DNA from: Deinococcales bacterium
Lineage (GTDB): Bacteria; Deinococcota; Deinococci; Deinococcales; JAAFIG01
Assembly (NCBI GenBank): GCA_043778225.1
Contig: JAYWGM010000057.1
Span: 1-20,891 of the forward strand
DNA: 20,891 bases
Reading direction: 5' to 3'
Shown here piece by piece: positions 7,791 through 16,797 of this stretch. Position 1 is the stretch's first letter. Every line of letters begins with the position of its first letter. Made by a program: the position numbers and the translations under genes. The notes under the pieces were generated by a model. That model saw only the letters and a list, made by a program, of their open reading frames with translations. It did no database searches and was not told where the DNA came from.

Positions 7791-8917
7791 GGACTATTTT
7801 GCACATTGCGATTGCCGAAGCGCGTCATGTTTGGAAGCAACCGCATTTACTGGCGATGCTGATTCTTTTGCCAATTATTTTCTCGAGTATTTTGTCGGTG
7901 CTGCAAAGCTCAGATGTTGGACCAGTCCGAATTTTAATCAGCCGCCCAAATACACCACAAGCACTGGCTTTTGAACGCGAACTGAGCAGCCTAGGCGCAG
8001 CCGTCGAGCTTGCGGGTTTACGCGCCCAGACTTTGGTCACCACTGCCGACCGCGATGCTTGGGTGAAGTTGCCAAACAGTTTTGACGCTGACCTGACGGG
8101 CTTAAAACCAATCAAGCTCGAGCTAATTACCAGCGCTGGCAACACCCGTGTCTGGGATGCGATTCAACGCATTCGAGCCGCCGTGGTGCGTTTACAAACC
8201 CCGTTTATCGCCGCCCAAGCCGCCCCAAATACCAATGCTGCCGAACGCGCCATAGAACTCTTAAAAACCAATATCGTGACCATCTCGAGCCAAAAAGTGA
8301 CCGTCAAAAACAGCAAAGTGGTCGAAATCGCTGGTTCAGAACAAATCGCTCCGGGCATGACCCTGATGTTTGCCTTGCTGTTTGGCGCACAGACTGGCTT
8401 GGCATTTTTGCGTGAGCGCACGGCTGGCACACTGACCCGTCTTTTTGCTGCCCCAGTCTCGAGGGTCAGCATGATTTTGGGCAAGTTACTTGGTAACACC
8501 TTGGTTTTGTGCATTCAACTTTTGATCATGGTGACCTTTTCTAATTTGGTTTTGGGAGTGCGTTGGGGTAATCCGCCAGCCTTAATTCTGCCCAGCTTTG
8601 CTTTTGCCTTTGCCTCGGCTGGTTTTGGAGCGCTCTGTGCTGCCCTAACCCGTACCCCCTCGCAACTTGGGGCATTTAGCGTGCTGAGTGTCAATATCCT
8701 TTCGGCATTGGGCGGCTTGTGGTGGCCACTCGAGGTCACACCCGAATGGATGCAACAACTGGCGCGTTTCCTACCGACCTATTGGGGCTTAAACGCGATG
8801 CAGGAAGTTATCCTCAAGCAGTCCAGTGTACTCGAGTTACTGCCTCATACCGCGATTTTATTAGGCTTTGCGGCTATTTTTATTGCGATTGGCTCGAGGG
8901 CGTTTAAGTACGAATAA
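7787..8917 (+). CDS. ABC-2 type exporter permease (second)
   Basis: ATGA overlap with the previous stop; ERTAGTLTRLFAAP, LGGLWWPLEVTPEWMQ and PTYW motifs. Confidence 0.92.
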   Translation: MRTILHIAIAEARHVWKQPHLLAMLILLPIIFSSILSVLQSSDVGPVRILISRPNTPQALAFERELSSLGAAVELAGLRAQTLVTTADRDAWVKLPNSFDADLTGLKPIKLELITSAGNTRVWDAIQRIRAAVVRLQTPFIAAQAAPNTNAAERAIELLKTNIVTISSQKVTVKNSKVVEIAGSEQIAPGMTLMFALLFGAQTGLAFLRERTAGTLTRLFAAPVSRVSMILGKLLGNTLVLCIQLLIMVTFSNLVLGVRWGNPPALILPSFAFAFASAGFGALCAALTRTPSQLGAFSVLSVNILSALGGLWWPLEVTPEWMQQLARFLPTYWGLNAMQEVILKQSSVLELLPHTAILLGFAAIFIAIGSRAFKYE

Positions 8918-8925
8918 TGGTCATC

Positions 8926-10788
8926 CTACGGCAGCACCGCCGTAACTCGAGTGCCGTTGCTGGGTTTGCTCGAGTATTCAAATTGCCCGCCTCGGGCTTC
9001 GACCCGTTCGCGCATTTGATTTAGCCCTAAGCCGCCAGCCGTGGTGACTTTGCCGGTCAAGGCATTGGGGTCAAAACCAATGCCATCGTCTTGAACCGTC
9101 AGTTGGCTGCTGTTGGGGTTGGTTTGTAAAGTCACCGAGACATTTTTAGCGCGGCTGTGCTTAGCGATGTTATTCAAGGCTTCTTGTAAAATCCGAAACA
9201 TCACGGCTTCATTGGTTGGGCTAAGGCGCGGTTCACCATGAATCTCGAGCATGGTTTTGAGGTTGTTTTGTTCGCCAAAATCTTTGGTGTATTGGCGCAC
9301 GGTTTCTAAAAATCCTAGCCGCTCGAGGTCGAGTGGACGAAGCGCAAAAATACTGCGGCGGACTTCTTTAATCTGTTCGCGCAGGGTGGTTTTTGCCAGT
9401 TCGATTTCGGACAGCACCCGCTTTGGGTCTTTCTCGAGTAAACGCCCCGCCAAATCGAGTTTCATGGCAGTAAACGCCAGACTCTGAGCAATGCCGTCGT
9501 GGATTTCTCGAGCGATACGGCTGCGCTCATCAAAAATTGCAATTTCTTCGCTGTACAAATATGCCTTGGCATTGCGAACCGCCAGCGTGACCTGACTTGC
9601 CAACAAATTCAAAAGTGGTAATTCACGGGTGTCAAAAGCATTTTCTTGGCTATGACCCAGCACAATCACACCAACCAATTCCGATTCGGTCAGCATCGGT
9701 AAGGCAATTGCGGCTCGAGCGCCACCCAATACAGGGTCGTCGGGTTGATGCAGCAAAACCAAGCCATTTTTGGTCTCGAGCATCGGCTGGGATTCCAGGT
9801 CGGGAACAGACAACGGTAAGCGCTGCAAGGCACTCTCGAGCGCCAGGTTGCCGACCATCCAACCGTGGTCGCCGCCCGAACGCACCACCCGCCCTTGGAC
9901 ATCCCGCCCCCATGTCAGTACCAAGCGTTCGTCTTCATCGGCAAGATAAACCGCACTGGCTTCAGCACGCACCCGTTCGCGGATTCGCGCCAGCACATTC
10001 TCAAGTAAACGCTCGAGGTTAATTTCGGCACGGATGCTGCGGTCTACCTCAAAAAGTGTCAGAAGGTCACGGGTACGGATACTGGCGGCATCCACCGCCA
10101 CTGCCACTTCGCCCACCAGAATCTCGAGCAATTCACGGCTCTCGCTGCGGGGCATTCCCGTAAAATACAAATGCAACGCCCCCAAAAAACGCTCCCCAAA
10201 GCGCAATGGGCTGGATAAACGGCTTTTGGCATTGCTGATGCTCGAAGGGCGGTCGAGCATCGTGGTCGCATAGCGCAGTGGCTCGAGGTCGGTCACTTCG
10301 AGCGGTAATTCCTCGAGGTTAAATGCCCTGACCACGCCGCTCTCGAGAATAATTGCCCCAGCACTAGCACCAACCGCTTCGGAAACACTGGCAATCGCGG
10401 TTTCAAGAACGCTTTCAAGGTCTCCGGCTTCAGAAACATTGCGGGTCACGCGCTGCACGGCGGCTAAACGAGCATGGGATTCGGAGAGTTCGGTGTACAA
10501 GCCACGCAATTCACTTTCGGCACGTTCGCGTTCGCGCACTTCGGCAGCAATCCAAGTTAAAACAAAAAAAGTCACCAGTGGTCCGATGATGCCGTAAAAC
10601 AGCAATTCTGCCCAAAAACCCGTGCGTCCTGGCTCGAGCCGCACCACCAAAAGCTGATACAGCACCACCACCAGCACAATCATTGGTGGCAAAACCACTT
10701 GGGCGGTGCGAACACGGCGGTACAATGCGCCTGGAATCCGAGAAGCCGCCAGACCGATGCGTTCAAACCAAGTGAGCGTTTGATTCAT
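8926..10788 (-). CDS. GAF-domain sensor histidine kinase, HisKA_3 (NarQ/DegS-type)
   Basis: ERSRIAREIHDGIAQSL, FRILQEALNNIAKHS, DDGIGFD, GLGLNQMRERV; two N-terminal TMs and GAF-like segments. Confidence 0.93.
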   Translation of the reverse strand: MNQTLTWFERIGLAASRIPGALYRRVRTAQVVLPPMIVLVVVLYQLLVVRLEPGRTGFWAELLFYGIIGPLVTFFVLTWIAAEVRERERAESELRGLYTELSESHARLAAVQRVTRNVSEAGDLESVLETAIASVSEAVGASAGAIILESGVVRAFNLEELPLEVTDLEPLRYATTMLDRPSSISNAKSRLSSPLRFGERFLGALHLYFTGMPRSESRELLEILVGEVAVAVDAASIRTRDLLTLFEVDRSIRAEINLERLLENVLARIRERVRAEASAVYLADEDERLVLTWGRDVQGRVVRSGGDHGWMVGNLALESALQRLPLSVPDLESQPMLETKNGLVLLHQPDDPVLGGARAAIALPMLTESELVGVIVLGHSQENAFDTRELPLLNLLASQVTLAVRNAKAYLYSEEIAIFDERSRIAREIHDGIAQSLAFTAMKLDLAGRLLEKDPKRVLSEIELAKTTLREQIKEVRRSIFALRPLDLERLGFLETVRQYTKDFGEQNNLKTMLEIHGEPRLSPTNEAVMFRILQEALNNIAKHSRAKNVSVTLQTNPNSSQLTVQDDGIGFDPNALTGKVTTAGGLGLNQMRERVEARGGQFEYSSKPSNGTRVTAVLP

Positions 10789-10970
10789 TAGTTTATATTT
10801 TCGGCTCGAGCTTGGGCGATGAAGGCATCAAGTTTCCCAGTCAAACTATCATTTGCCATTTGCTGTTCCCAAGCATCCAATTCAAAATTATTTAACCAAA
10901 GACGCAACTGTGCCAAATCGTTTTGTGATAACTGAACAATCTCTCTTTTGGCTATTTCAAGCTGACTCAT
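10788..10970 (-). CDS. Small helical protein resembling putative type II antitoxins
   Basis: IVQLSQNDLAQLRLWL...AWEQQMANDSLTGKLDAFIAQA resembles, from recall, the WDRQIEAD..AGKLD family. TAATG overlap with the kinase start. Confidence 0.65.
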   Translation of the reverse strand: MSQLEIAKREIVQLSQNDLAQLRLWLNNFELDAWEQQMANDSLTGKLDAFIAQARAENIN

Positions 10971-10974
10971 GGCA

Positions 10975-11742
10975 CTAATCTAGCACTTCTTGCACCAACG
11001 GATAAGGCACTGTGCCGGGGGTATCTAAGCCTCGAGCCTTACGTGCCGACCACAAGCCTTGGCTGAGTAAACCGCGAATAAAGGCGACATCGTGGTTATT
11101 CAGGTCTGCCCGATTAAAAATACTGCGAAAGCGCCGCAGGGCATGGTCTTGGCGGTGTTGGTCGGTATAGCCAACCTCGAGCATAAACTCGAGCAAATGG
11201 GCGTACATCCCTTCAAGCGCATGGCGTGGCGCAAGTTTTTGACGTTCGGTTAAAATTTCTGCCGTGTGGTCTTCTCGAGCCAGCAGCAATTCGTAAACCA
11301 CGACTTGAACCGCTTGGGCGAGGTTTAAGACTGGATATTCGCCTTGGGTCGGAATACGAATTAAAGCATGGCACAAATCGAGTTCATCGTTAAAAAGCCC
11401 ATGTTCCTCGCGTCCAAAAACCACGGCACTCGAGATTGGGGTTAAAAACTTTGGCGCGACTTCTCGAGGTGTGGTGACTTGCGTAAAATCTTTGCGTTCT
11501 CGAGCCGTCGTGCCGACCACAAATTCTAAATTCTCGACCGCCTCGAGTAACGTATTGTGCAGAGTGGCATTTTCGATGACTTCAAAAGCATGAACCGCCA
11601 TTTTTTTAGCATCCACAAGTTTGCAGCGCGGCGCAACAATGCGTAAATCCGACAAGCCAAAGTTTTTCATGGCTCGAGCCACACTGCCAATGTTATCTGG
11701 ACCTTTGGGCGAGACAAGCACAATTGCGGGTAGACCGTTCAC
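10975..11742 (-). CDS. trmJ: TrmJ/LasT family SPOUT RNA methyltransferase
   Basis: NIGSVARAMKNFG, VVGTTAR, VFGREEHGL, YPVLNLAQAVQVVVYE; TAGACT 6 nt before GTG. Confidence 0.9.
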   Translation of the reverse strand: MNGLPAIVLVSPKGPDNIGSVARAMKNFGLSDLRIVAPRCKLVDAKKMAVHAFEVIENATLHNTLLEAVENLEFVVGTTARERKDFTQVTTPREVAPKFLTPISSAVVFGREEHGLFNDELDLCHALIRIPTQGEYPVLNLAQAVQVVVYELLLAREDHTAEILTERQKLAPRHALEGMYAHLLEFMLEVGYTDQHRQDHALRRFRSIFNRADLNNHDVAFIRGLLSQGLWSARKARGLDTPGTVPYPLVQEVLD

Positions 11743-11807
11743 GGCATTAGTCTAACCTTTCACGGCTCGAGGTCAATCCAGATGGCGTTACCTTAAATGA
11801 ATTTGGT

Positions 11808-13022
11808 ATGCTATGTGGGCAAATGAAACCCGCTCTTGAGTTGTGGCATGAAGCCTGTTTTTATCTAAAATTTTATTATTTTGGGCATTCAACCCTGAGG
11901 TTAGCGCCCAAAATTAGGCGAATGACAGCAACCCTAATCCAAGACTTGCGTGGAAAAAGAGGTGAATTCAAAGATGCCCATCGGTATATTGAAGAATTAA
12001 GAGGTGCAATCGCCGATTCACATACACTCTTTCACAACGCCGATGAATATTCCAAACTGGTACGAATCTACAGTGGCAAAATTCAGTATGATTCAGGTTT
12101 TGGTTTGGATTTTCTGACCTCAAATGATTCTGGGACTGAAATTTTAATCAACGAAGTTCTGGCAGATTCTCCCGCCGCCATGCTAGGGATACAACCATTT
12201 GATCGGGTGGTTAGGGTCAACAAAAAACGCCTTTCAAGCAAAGAAAACTTGAATTGGTATTTATCACAAGTCAGTTTTGTCGAGCTTTTGATCGCTCGAG
12301 GTTCGGTCAACAATCCAATCGAATTCCAAGTCAGCCTGCAAAAAACCAGATTGCCAGACCTTAAATTACCTTATGTATACAGATATTCGCCGCCCAGTCA
12401 GACAACTCCTATTTTTGTTCTGAGAATTCCAAGTTTTCGTGGTAACAAAAGTATTGCCCCTCGAGTCCACCAACTTGTTCGTCAAATCCAAGAAATCGGC
12501 GCAAAGTCTTTAATTCTAGATTTGCGAGGCAATGATGGCGGTGCGGTCTCAGAATGTTATGGGGCGGCAAGCGCCTTTGTGCTTGAGGCAAAAAATTTAA
12601 GTCAAACACGTTTACAATCCTATACTGTTGGTTACGACGGTTGGCGCTGTATGACCAACGACCCTCGAGACCAAAAAAATTATGACATTCCAGAACCAGC
12701 CTTCTGGCAAGGTAAAACCGTTGTGCTGGTCAATTTGGTAACCTCAAGTTGTGGCGAGGTCATGGCAAATTTATTGCAACGTCATCAAATACTGGTTTTA
12801 GGTGAAACAACCGATGGGCGATTAAACACAACTGCTGAATTTTGGCAGTTATCGGATGGAAGTGCTTTGCAAATTACCAATGCCCGTACCCTTGATTTAA
12901 CCAAAAAGCCTTTGCCTGAGTTTGTCACGCCAAACGAAAAAATGGCAGATGACCAGGCTAAAACAGTCAATACAGGAAATGACGCTCTGCTCGAGCGTGC
13001 CTATCATCTGCTGAAAATGTAA
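11808..13022 (+). CDS. S41 family peptidase with PDZ domain
   Basis: DSHT; PDZ (GFGL..VLADSPAAMLGIQPFDRVVRVN); LILDLRGNDGG; TSSCGE; GETTDG. Start may be ATG 11823. Confidence 0.88.
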   Translation: MLCGQMKPALELWHEACFYLKFYYFGHSTLRLAPKIRRMTATLIQDLRGKRGEFKDAHRYIEELRGAIADSHTLFHNADEYSKLVRIYSGKIQYDSGFGLDFLTSNDSGTEILINEVLADSPAAMLGIQPFDRVVRVNKKRLSSKENLNWYLSQVSFVELLIARGSVNNPIEFQVSLQKTRLPDLKLPYVYRYSPPSQTTPIFVLRIPSFRGNKSIAPRVHQLVRQIQEIGAKSLILDLRGNDGGAVSECYGAASAFVLEAKNLSQTRLQSYTVGYDGWRCMTNDPRDQKNYDIPEPAFWQGKTVVLVNLVTSSCGEVMANLLQRHQILVLGETTDGRLNTTAEFWQLSDGSALQITNARTLDLTKKPLPEFVTPNEKMADDQAKTVNTGNDALLERAYHLLKM

Positions 13023-13070
13023 CCATGCTTTCTAAAGTCCCTCGTCATGAAACAACCCACCACCCGAATG

Positions 13071-13105
13071 TGTTTACGGTTTGTTTACGCCAGATGCGCT
13101 AGGCT
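13071..13105 (+). promoter_or_regulatory. Direct-repeat activator box plus -10 (copy 1)
   Basis: TGTTTACG at 13071 and 13082 (11-bp period); TAGGCT at 13100, 10 nt after the second repeat. Confidence 0.7.
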
Positions 13106-13145
13106 GTTGGCACACTGCTCGAGAGTGGTGAAATAAGGAGGGGTT

Positions 13146-13628
13146 ATGCCACGATATACAATCATTGTTGAAGGTAGCCATCTTGCGGTTCAGTCTGGCA
13201 GCTATAAAGCCTATGTTTATCGCTGTATGCTGCATCAAGACACCGCAAGAGCCAAAGCCATACCAAGTCGTTACACCATCAGCCAAGACGAAAGTATCGT
13301 CAATTTGGTCTGTCCGTGGATTCCAATTTTAATCAGTAATTGGGATGGCGATAAAAGTAAAATTAGCAAAGGTAAACTGGACAGCAAGGAGCGCAGCGAT
13401 ATTAGAGTCCACGCTGAACGAGAAAAAAAATGGGAGCATCTGCGTTACCAAGACTGGCAGTTGTATGTCTATTTGGGTGATGATGATTTAAGCTCAGACC
13501 ATACAATTTCTGGCGTTTGGGAAAAAGTCCCATTGGGCATACCCGAAATAGAACCAGACCCATCAGGCGGAGTCAAGATTCTCACAGCCGTTGGTCCCGG
13601 TGGTCCTCCGCCAAATGTTGGTCCTTAA
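13146..13628 (+). CDS. Hypothetical protein (160 aa), G/P-rich C-terminal tail
   Basis: Strong RBS AAGGAGG; 4-nt stop overlap with the convergent STAND gene; no family recognised. Confidence 0.75.
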   Translation: MPRYTIIVEGSHLAVQSGSYKAYVYRCMLHQDTARAKAIPSRYTISQDESIVNLVCPWIPILISNWDGDKSKISKGKLDSKERSDIRVHAEREKKWEHLRYQDWQLYVYLGDDDLSSDHTISGVWEKVPLGIPEIEPDPSGGVKILTAVGPGGPPPNVGP

Positions 13629-16420
13629 TATTCCCAAAAAAGCTGCTCAGGCGGCTGCGGTAACTGCTCGAGCAAAATACTTTTTTGCTCGAGCAGTCCA
13701 TGGAATTCTTTTTTTATCCAGTGTTTTAATTCGAGTCGTGACGATAAATAAGCGGCTGCCTGCCTAGCTCGCGTGGTGTTATTTTCTTCTAACTGCATCT
13801 GAAAAAAATACCAAACAGCATGGTCGGTCAAAGAATCAATCTGATTTGTCTGGGCAATACGAATAGCATCGAGTAAGTATTGTTGGGCTTGTTGCCTATT
13901 TTGACCTTGCAAATAGAAATAGGCGTTGGCAAGTAGACCAAAAGCCTCGAGCATTTTGCTTTGCGATTCTGGGCGTTCTGACAATAATTTTTGTAAAATC
14001 TGAGCCTGACTTAAACAATGATGCTGACTATAAAAAAATATCGAATAGGTCAGCATCAGTTGAATAATAAATTCTTCTTGAATCTGTTCAGCCGATTTCA
14101 AAGTTTTGGCAATAAACAATTCAAGCTCGGCAAAAGCCTTTGGTAGACTAAAAACATATAAATCAACCAAAGCAACATTCAGATACAAGGCACTTTTGAT
14201 GTCTTTGCTGATTTCATAAATCTCTTGTACCCTCAAGTAACATCCGATTGCCTCTTCATACCGACCCTGACCAACATAGAGATTGGCTAAATTTTGCAGT
14301 GCCACAGCTTCTCGGGTATGTAATCCGAGGGCTGAAGCCAACTCGACTGATTTTTGAAAGTAAAAAAGTTGTTTTTCCCAGTGATTATAGGCACTACCCA
14401 AGACATTCCATACTTTTAATTTGTGCATCGCTGGCGAGTGGTCATCGAGTAATTGCTCGGCTCGAGTTGCCAGCATAAGGGCAGCTTGTCCTCGAGCAGT
14501 ACGATGCGCCAACCATGCGGCGTTGGCGTACAACAAAAGTAAAACGTGGGTTGTCGCTTCTTCTTTTTCGTATCCCAATGCCATGCTTGGCTCGAGAACC
14601 CGTATCGCTGCTTCAAAAAGCTGTATCCCTTCGGTAAATCTTGCCCGTGCATCAAACAGTAAAACCACATCTTGTAATCGTTTAAACCGTGTGTAATCTG
14701 GATTTTTACACAACCAAAGCCAAGCACTTTTACAATTCTCTAAATCGGTTTCAAAAGCAGCCAGAACACTCGCGGCGCGTTCACTGCGAACATCGGCAGC
14801 GTTTAATTCAAGCCAATCCAAAAAGAAATTGGCATGGTTGCTTCTGGCTTTTTGCTGCTCGAGTGGAATGGCTTCGAGCGCTTCGAGGCAATACTGAGCA
14901 ATCAATGGATGCAGTCGGTAACGTCCATGCTGCTGATTTTGCACCAAGGATTTTTGCAGTAAAGCAATCAGCATGATTAAGTTGCTGTCTATCATGTTTA
15001 AGGCAGCGACCCGAGAAAACCCATCCTTAAAAACGGCAAGTCGGGCTAATGCCATGCGTTGCGGATTACTCAGCAACGACCATGACCAGTTAAACACGGC
15101 TCTGATGCTGTTGTGTCTGCCGTTGTGTTGGGTTGTCAGAACATCCAAGTGTTGGTGCAAAGCACTTAAAATATCGGTCAGTGGTAAAACAGGTGTCAGT
15201 GCCGCCGCCAATTCGATGGCTAAGGGATAACGCTCGAGCAAATCACAAATTTTAAGCACAACTGGGTTATTCGGCTCGAGTTTTATACCAGAACGCAAAG
15301 CACAAATACTAAAAAACTCGAGGGCGGTGCTGTCAGATTCAAAGCCCGAGAGTGGCAGTACCACCTCGCCCAGCACATTCAGGCGTTCTCGGCTGGTGAC
15401 CAGTATTTGCAAAGCCGAACAAGCGGCGAGTATATCCAGTAAAGACGGCGTAAACTCGAGCAGATGCTCAAAATTATCTAAAACCAACAGTGTTTTAGAT
15501 TGCCCAATATGCTGCTTTAACTGCTCGAGTGCATCGGACTTTATTTCTGTTTCGCCCAACGCCCTAAGACAAGTAAAAGACACTTCAGAGCTATCCATAA
15601 CCGCTTCGAGCGCCACAAAACAGACCTGAAAACTTGTTTGTAATTCTAGGGCTACCTCGAGGGCTAACCGCGACTTACCCGCACCACCATAGCCAACGAT
15701 CGAAACCAAACGGTTATCTTGCAAGTATTCGGTCAGCACAGCTTGTTCTGGGCGTTCCACAAAGCGATTGAGCGGTATTGGCAAAGAACTGATTTGAGAT
15801 TGAAACTTAAAATCGGGGATACTCAAACCCAATTCAAGGGCTTCGCGCCGCACCAAGACGGCTAAATCATCCTGACCCCATTCAAGCACCCGCAAAACCC
15901 GCAGTAAGACATCGGGTTCTAAACTTGTATTGCCTTCGACACTGTAGGCAGCTTGGGCGGCTCGAGTTGCCACTTCAAGATTATTTTGTTTAAGCGCCGC
16001 TTCGGCAAGCCGCAAGTGTGCCAAAGAAACCCGAGCCGCAAGGTATTCGCTGGTGGTCAGCAGCCACTCTTCAAATTCGGCAACGCCCAAATCCAAACCA
16101 TGCAAAAACGCACCGGTGTACAAAGCCACTGCCTTTTGATCATCGCCAGCATCCAAAGCCTCGAGCAAACCCTGAGCATCCGAAGGCACAGCGCAACCCA
16201 GTAAATCCGCCTTCTCGAGCAAGACCCCCGCAGTTCTTAGTTGCTTCAGCGCCATTCGCAAACTCGCCGCAGCATCGGCAGCAGCACCCCACAGCAAATC
16301 ACGCACATGACCACGGGATTTAAGCCCCTCGAGTGCGAGGTATGCCAACAAGGACAACGGCTTAGGGCGGGTTAAAGCACTCCCCTCGAGCCGCAGTCCT
16401 CCCAGTGTTTTGAGTTGCAC
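13625..16420 (-). CDS. AfsR/SARP-like regulator: wHTH + short BTAD + STAND (NB-ARC-type) ATPase + TPR
   Basis: N-terminal QLKTLGGLRL..LLAYLALEG..LLW; BTAD-like AVALYTGAFL..FEEWL; Walker A GYGGAGKS; Walker B LLVLDNFE; VTSRE; YPLAIEL; HPLI; TPR helices. Start likely GTG 16420, with TATAAT 7 nt upstream overlapping ATG 16429. Confidence 0.9.
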   Translation of the reverse strand: MQLKTLGGLRLEGSALTRPKPLSLLAYLALEGLKSRGHVRDLLWGAAADAAASLRMALKQLRTAGVLLEKADLLGCAVPSDAQGLLEALDAGDDQKAVALYTGAFLHGLDLGVAEFEEWLLTTSEYLAARVSLAHLRLAEAALKQNNLEVATRAAQAAYSVEGNTSLEPDVLLRVLRVLEWGQDDLAVLVRREALELGLSIPDFKFQSQISSLPIPLNRFVERPEQAVLTEYLQDNRLVSIVGYGGAGKSRLALEVALELQTSFQVCFVALEAVMDSSEVSFTCLRALGETEIKSDALEQLKQHIGQSKTLLVLDNFEHLLEFTPSLLDILAACSALQILVTSRERLNVLGEVVLPLSGFESDSTALEFFSICALRSGIKLEPNNPVVLKICDLLERYPLAIELAAALTPVLPLTDILSALHQHLDVLTTQHNGRHNSIRAVFNWSWSLLSNPQRMALARLAVFKDGFSRVAALNMIDSNLIMLIALLQKSLVQNQQHGRYRLHPLIAQYCLEALEAIPLEQQKARSNHANFFLDWLELNAADVRSERAASVLAAFETDLENCKSAWLWLCKNPDYTRFKRLQDVVLLFDARARFTEGIQLFEAAIRVLEPSMALGYEKEEATTHVLLLLYANAAWLAHRTARGQAALMLATRAEQLLDDHSPAMHKLKVWNVLGSAYNHWEKQLFYFQKSVELASALGLHTREAVALQNLANLYVGQGRYEEAIGCYLRVQEIYEISKDIKSALYLNVALVDLYVFSLPKAFAELELFIAKTLKSAEQIQEEFIIQLMLTYSIFFYSQHHCLSQAQILQKLLSERPESQSKMLEAFGLLANAYFYLQGQNRQQAQQYLLDAIRIAQTNQIDSLTDHAVWYFFQMQLEENNTTRARQAAAYLSSRLELKHWIKKEFHGLLEQKSILLEQLPQPPEQLFWEY

Positions 16421-16443
16421 GCTTCTCATTATAACGTGTTTGG

Positions 16444-16465
16444 GCTTAGGCGCGTCTGGCTTGAG
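16444..16465. repeat. 22-bp imperfect direct repeat / palindrome, copy 1 (copy 2 at 18472-18493)
   Basis: GCTTAGGCGCGTCTGGCTTGAG vs GCCTAAGCGCGTCTGGCTCGAG, 3 mismatches. Confidence 0.6.
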
Positions 16466-16602
16466 TCAAAACAGTGTTTTCTCGAGCATCCACTGTGCTG
16501 CTTTGGCTGTTCGTGAAGGATTTTTTAATCGCGCTCGTGTGTTACCAAGCGCCATCAGTACCAAATCTTTATTTGTCCGAATCAGACTTAAAATAAATTT
16601 AT

Positions 16603-16648
16603 TAGGATGTATCGCTTCAAGTCCGTAGGATGTACCGCCTCAAGTCCG
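16603..16648. repeat. 23-bp tandem duplication
   Basis: TAGGATGTATCGCTTCAAGTCCG / TAGGATGTACCGCCTCAAGTCCG, 2 mismatches. Confidence 0.9.
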
Positions 16649-16797
16649 TGAGACTCGAGAATCATCGTTTGGAATACCAACCAGATCACCTCTTTGATGA
16701 ACTTCGGATTCTCGAGTTAGCTGAACGTATCCGCAACAGCACCGAACGTGATACATTTTTAGAAAATCTCGTACTGCTCGAGTTCTTCAGTGCTTAG
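16630..16797 (+). CDS. Putative small ORF (55 aa), probably interrupted by the Rpn cassette
   Basis: MYRLKSVRLENHRLEYQPDHLFDELRILELAERIRNSTER...; its middle recurs at 17766-17821 as ELWILELAERIRKKRQT*. Confidence 0.4.
   Translation: MYRLKSVRLENHRLEYQPDHLFDELRILELAERIRNSTERDTFLENLVLLEFFSA

Noticed and set aside
13625..16429. Avs-type anti-phage STAND
   Set aside because: The N-terminus is wHTH/BTAD-like rather than a nuclease or other killing effector, so a transcriptional activator is the better call.
16410..16628. 72-aa ORF upstream of the STAND gene
   Set aside because: Overlaps the STAND start and promoter, has a TTG start without RBS, and has no recognisable features.
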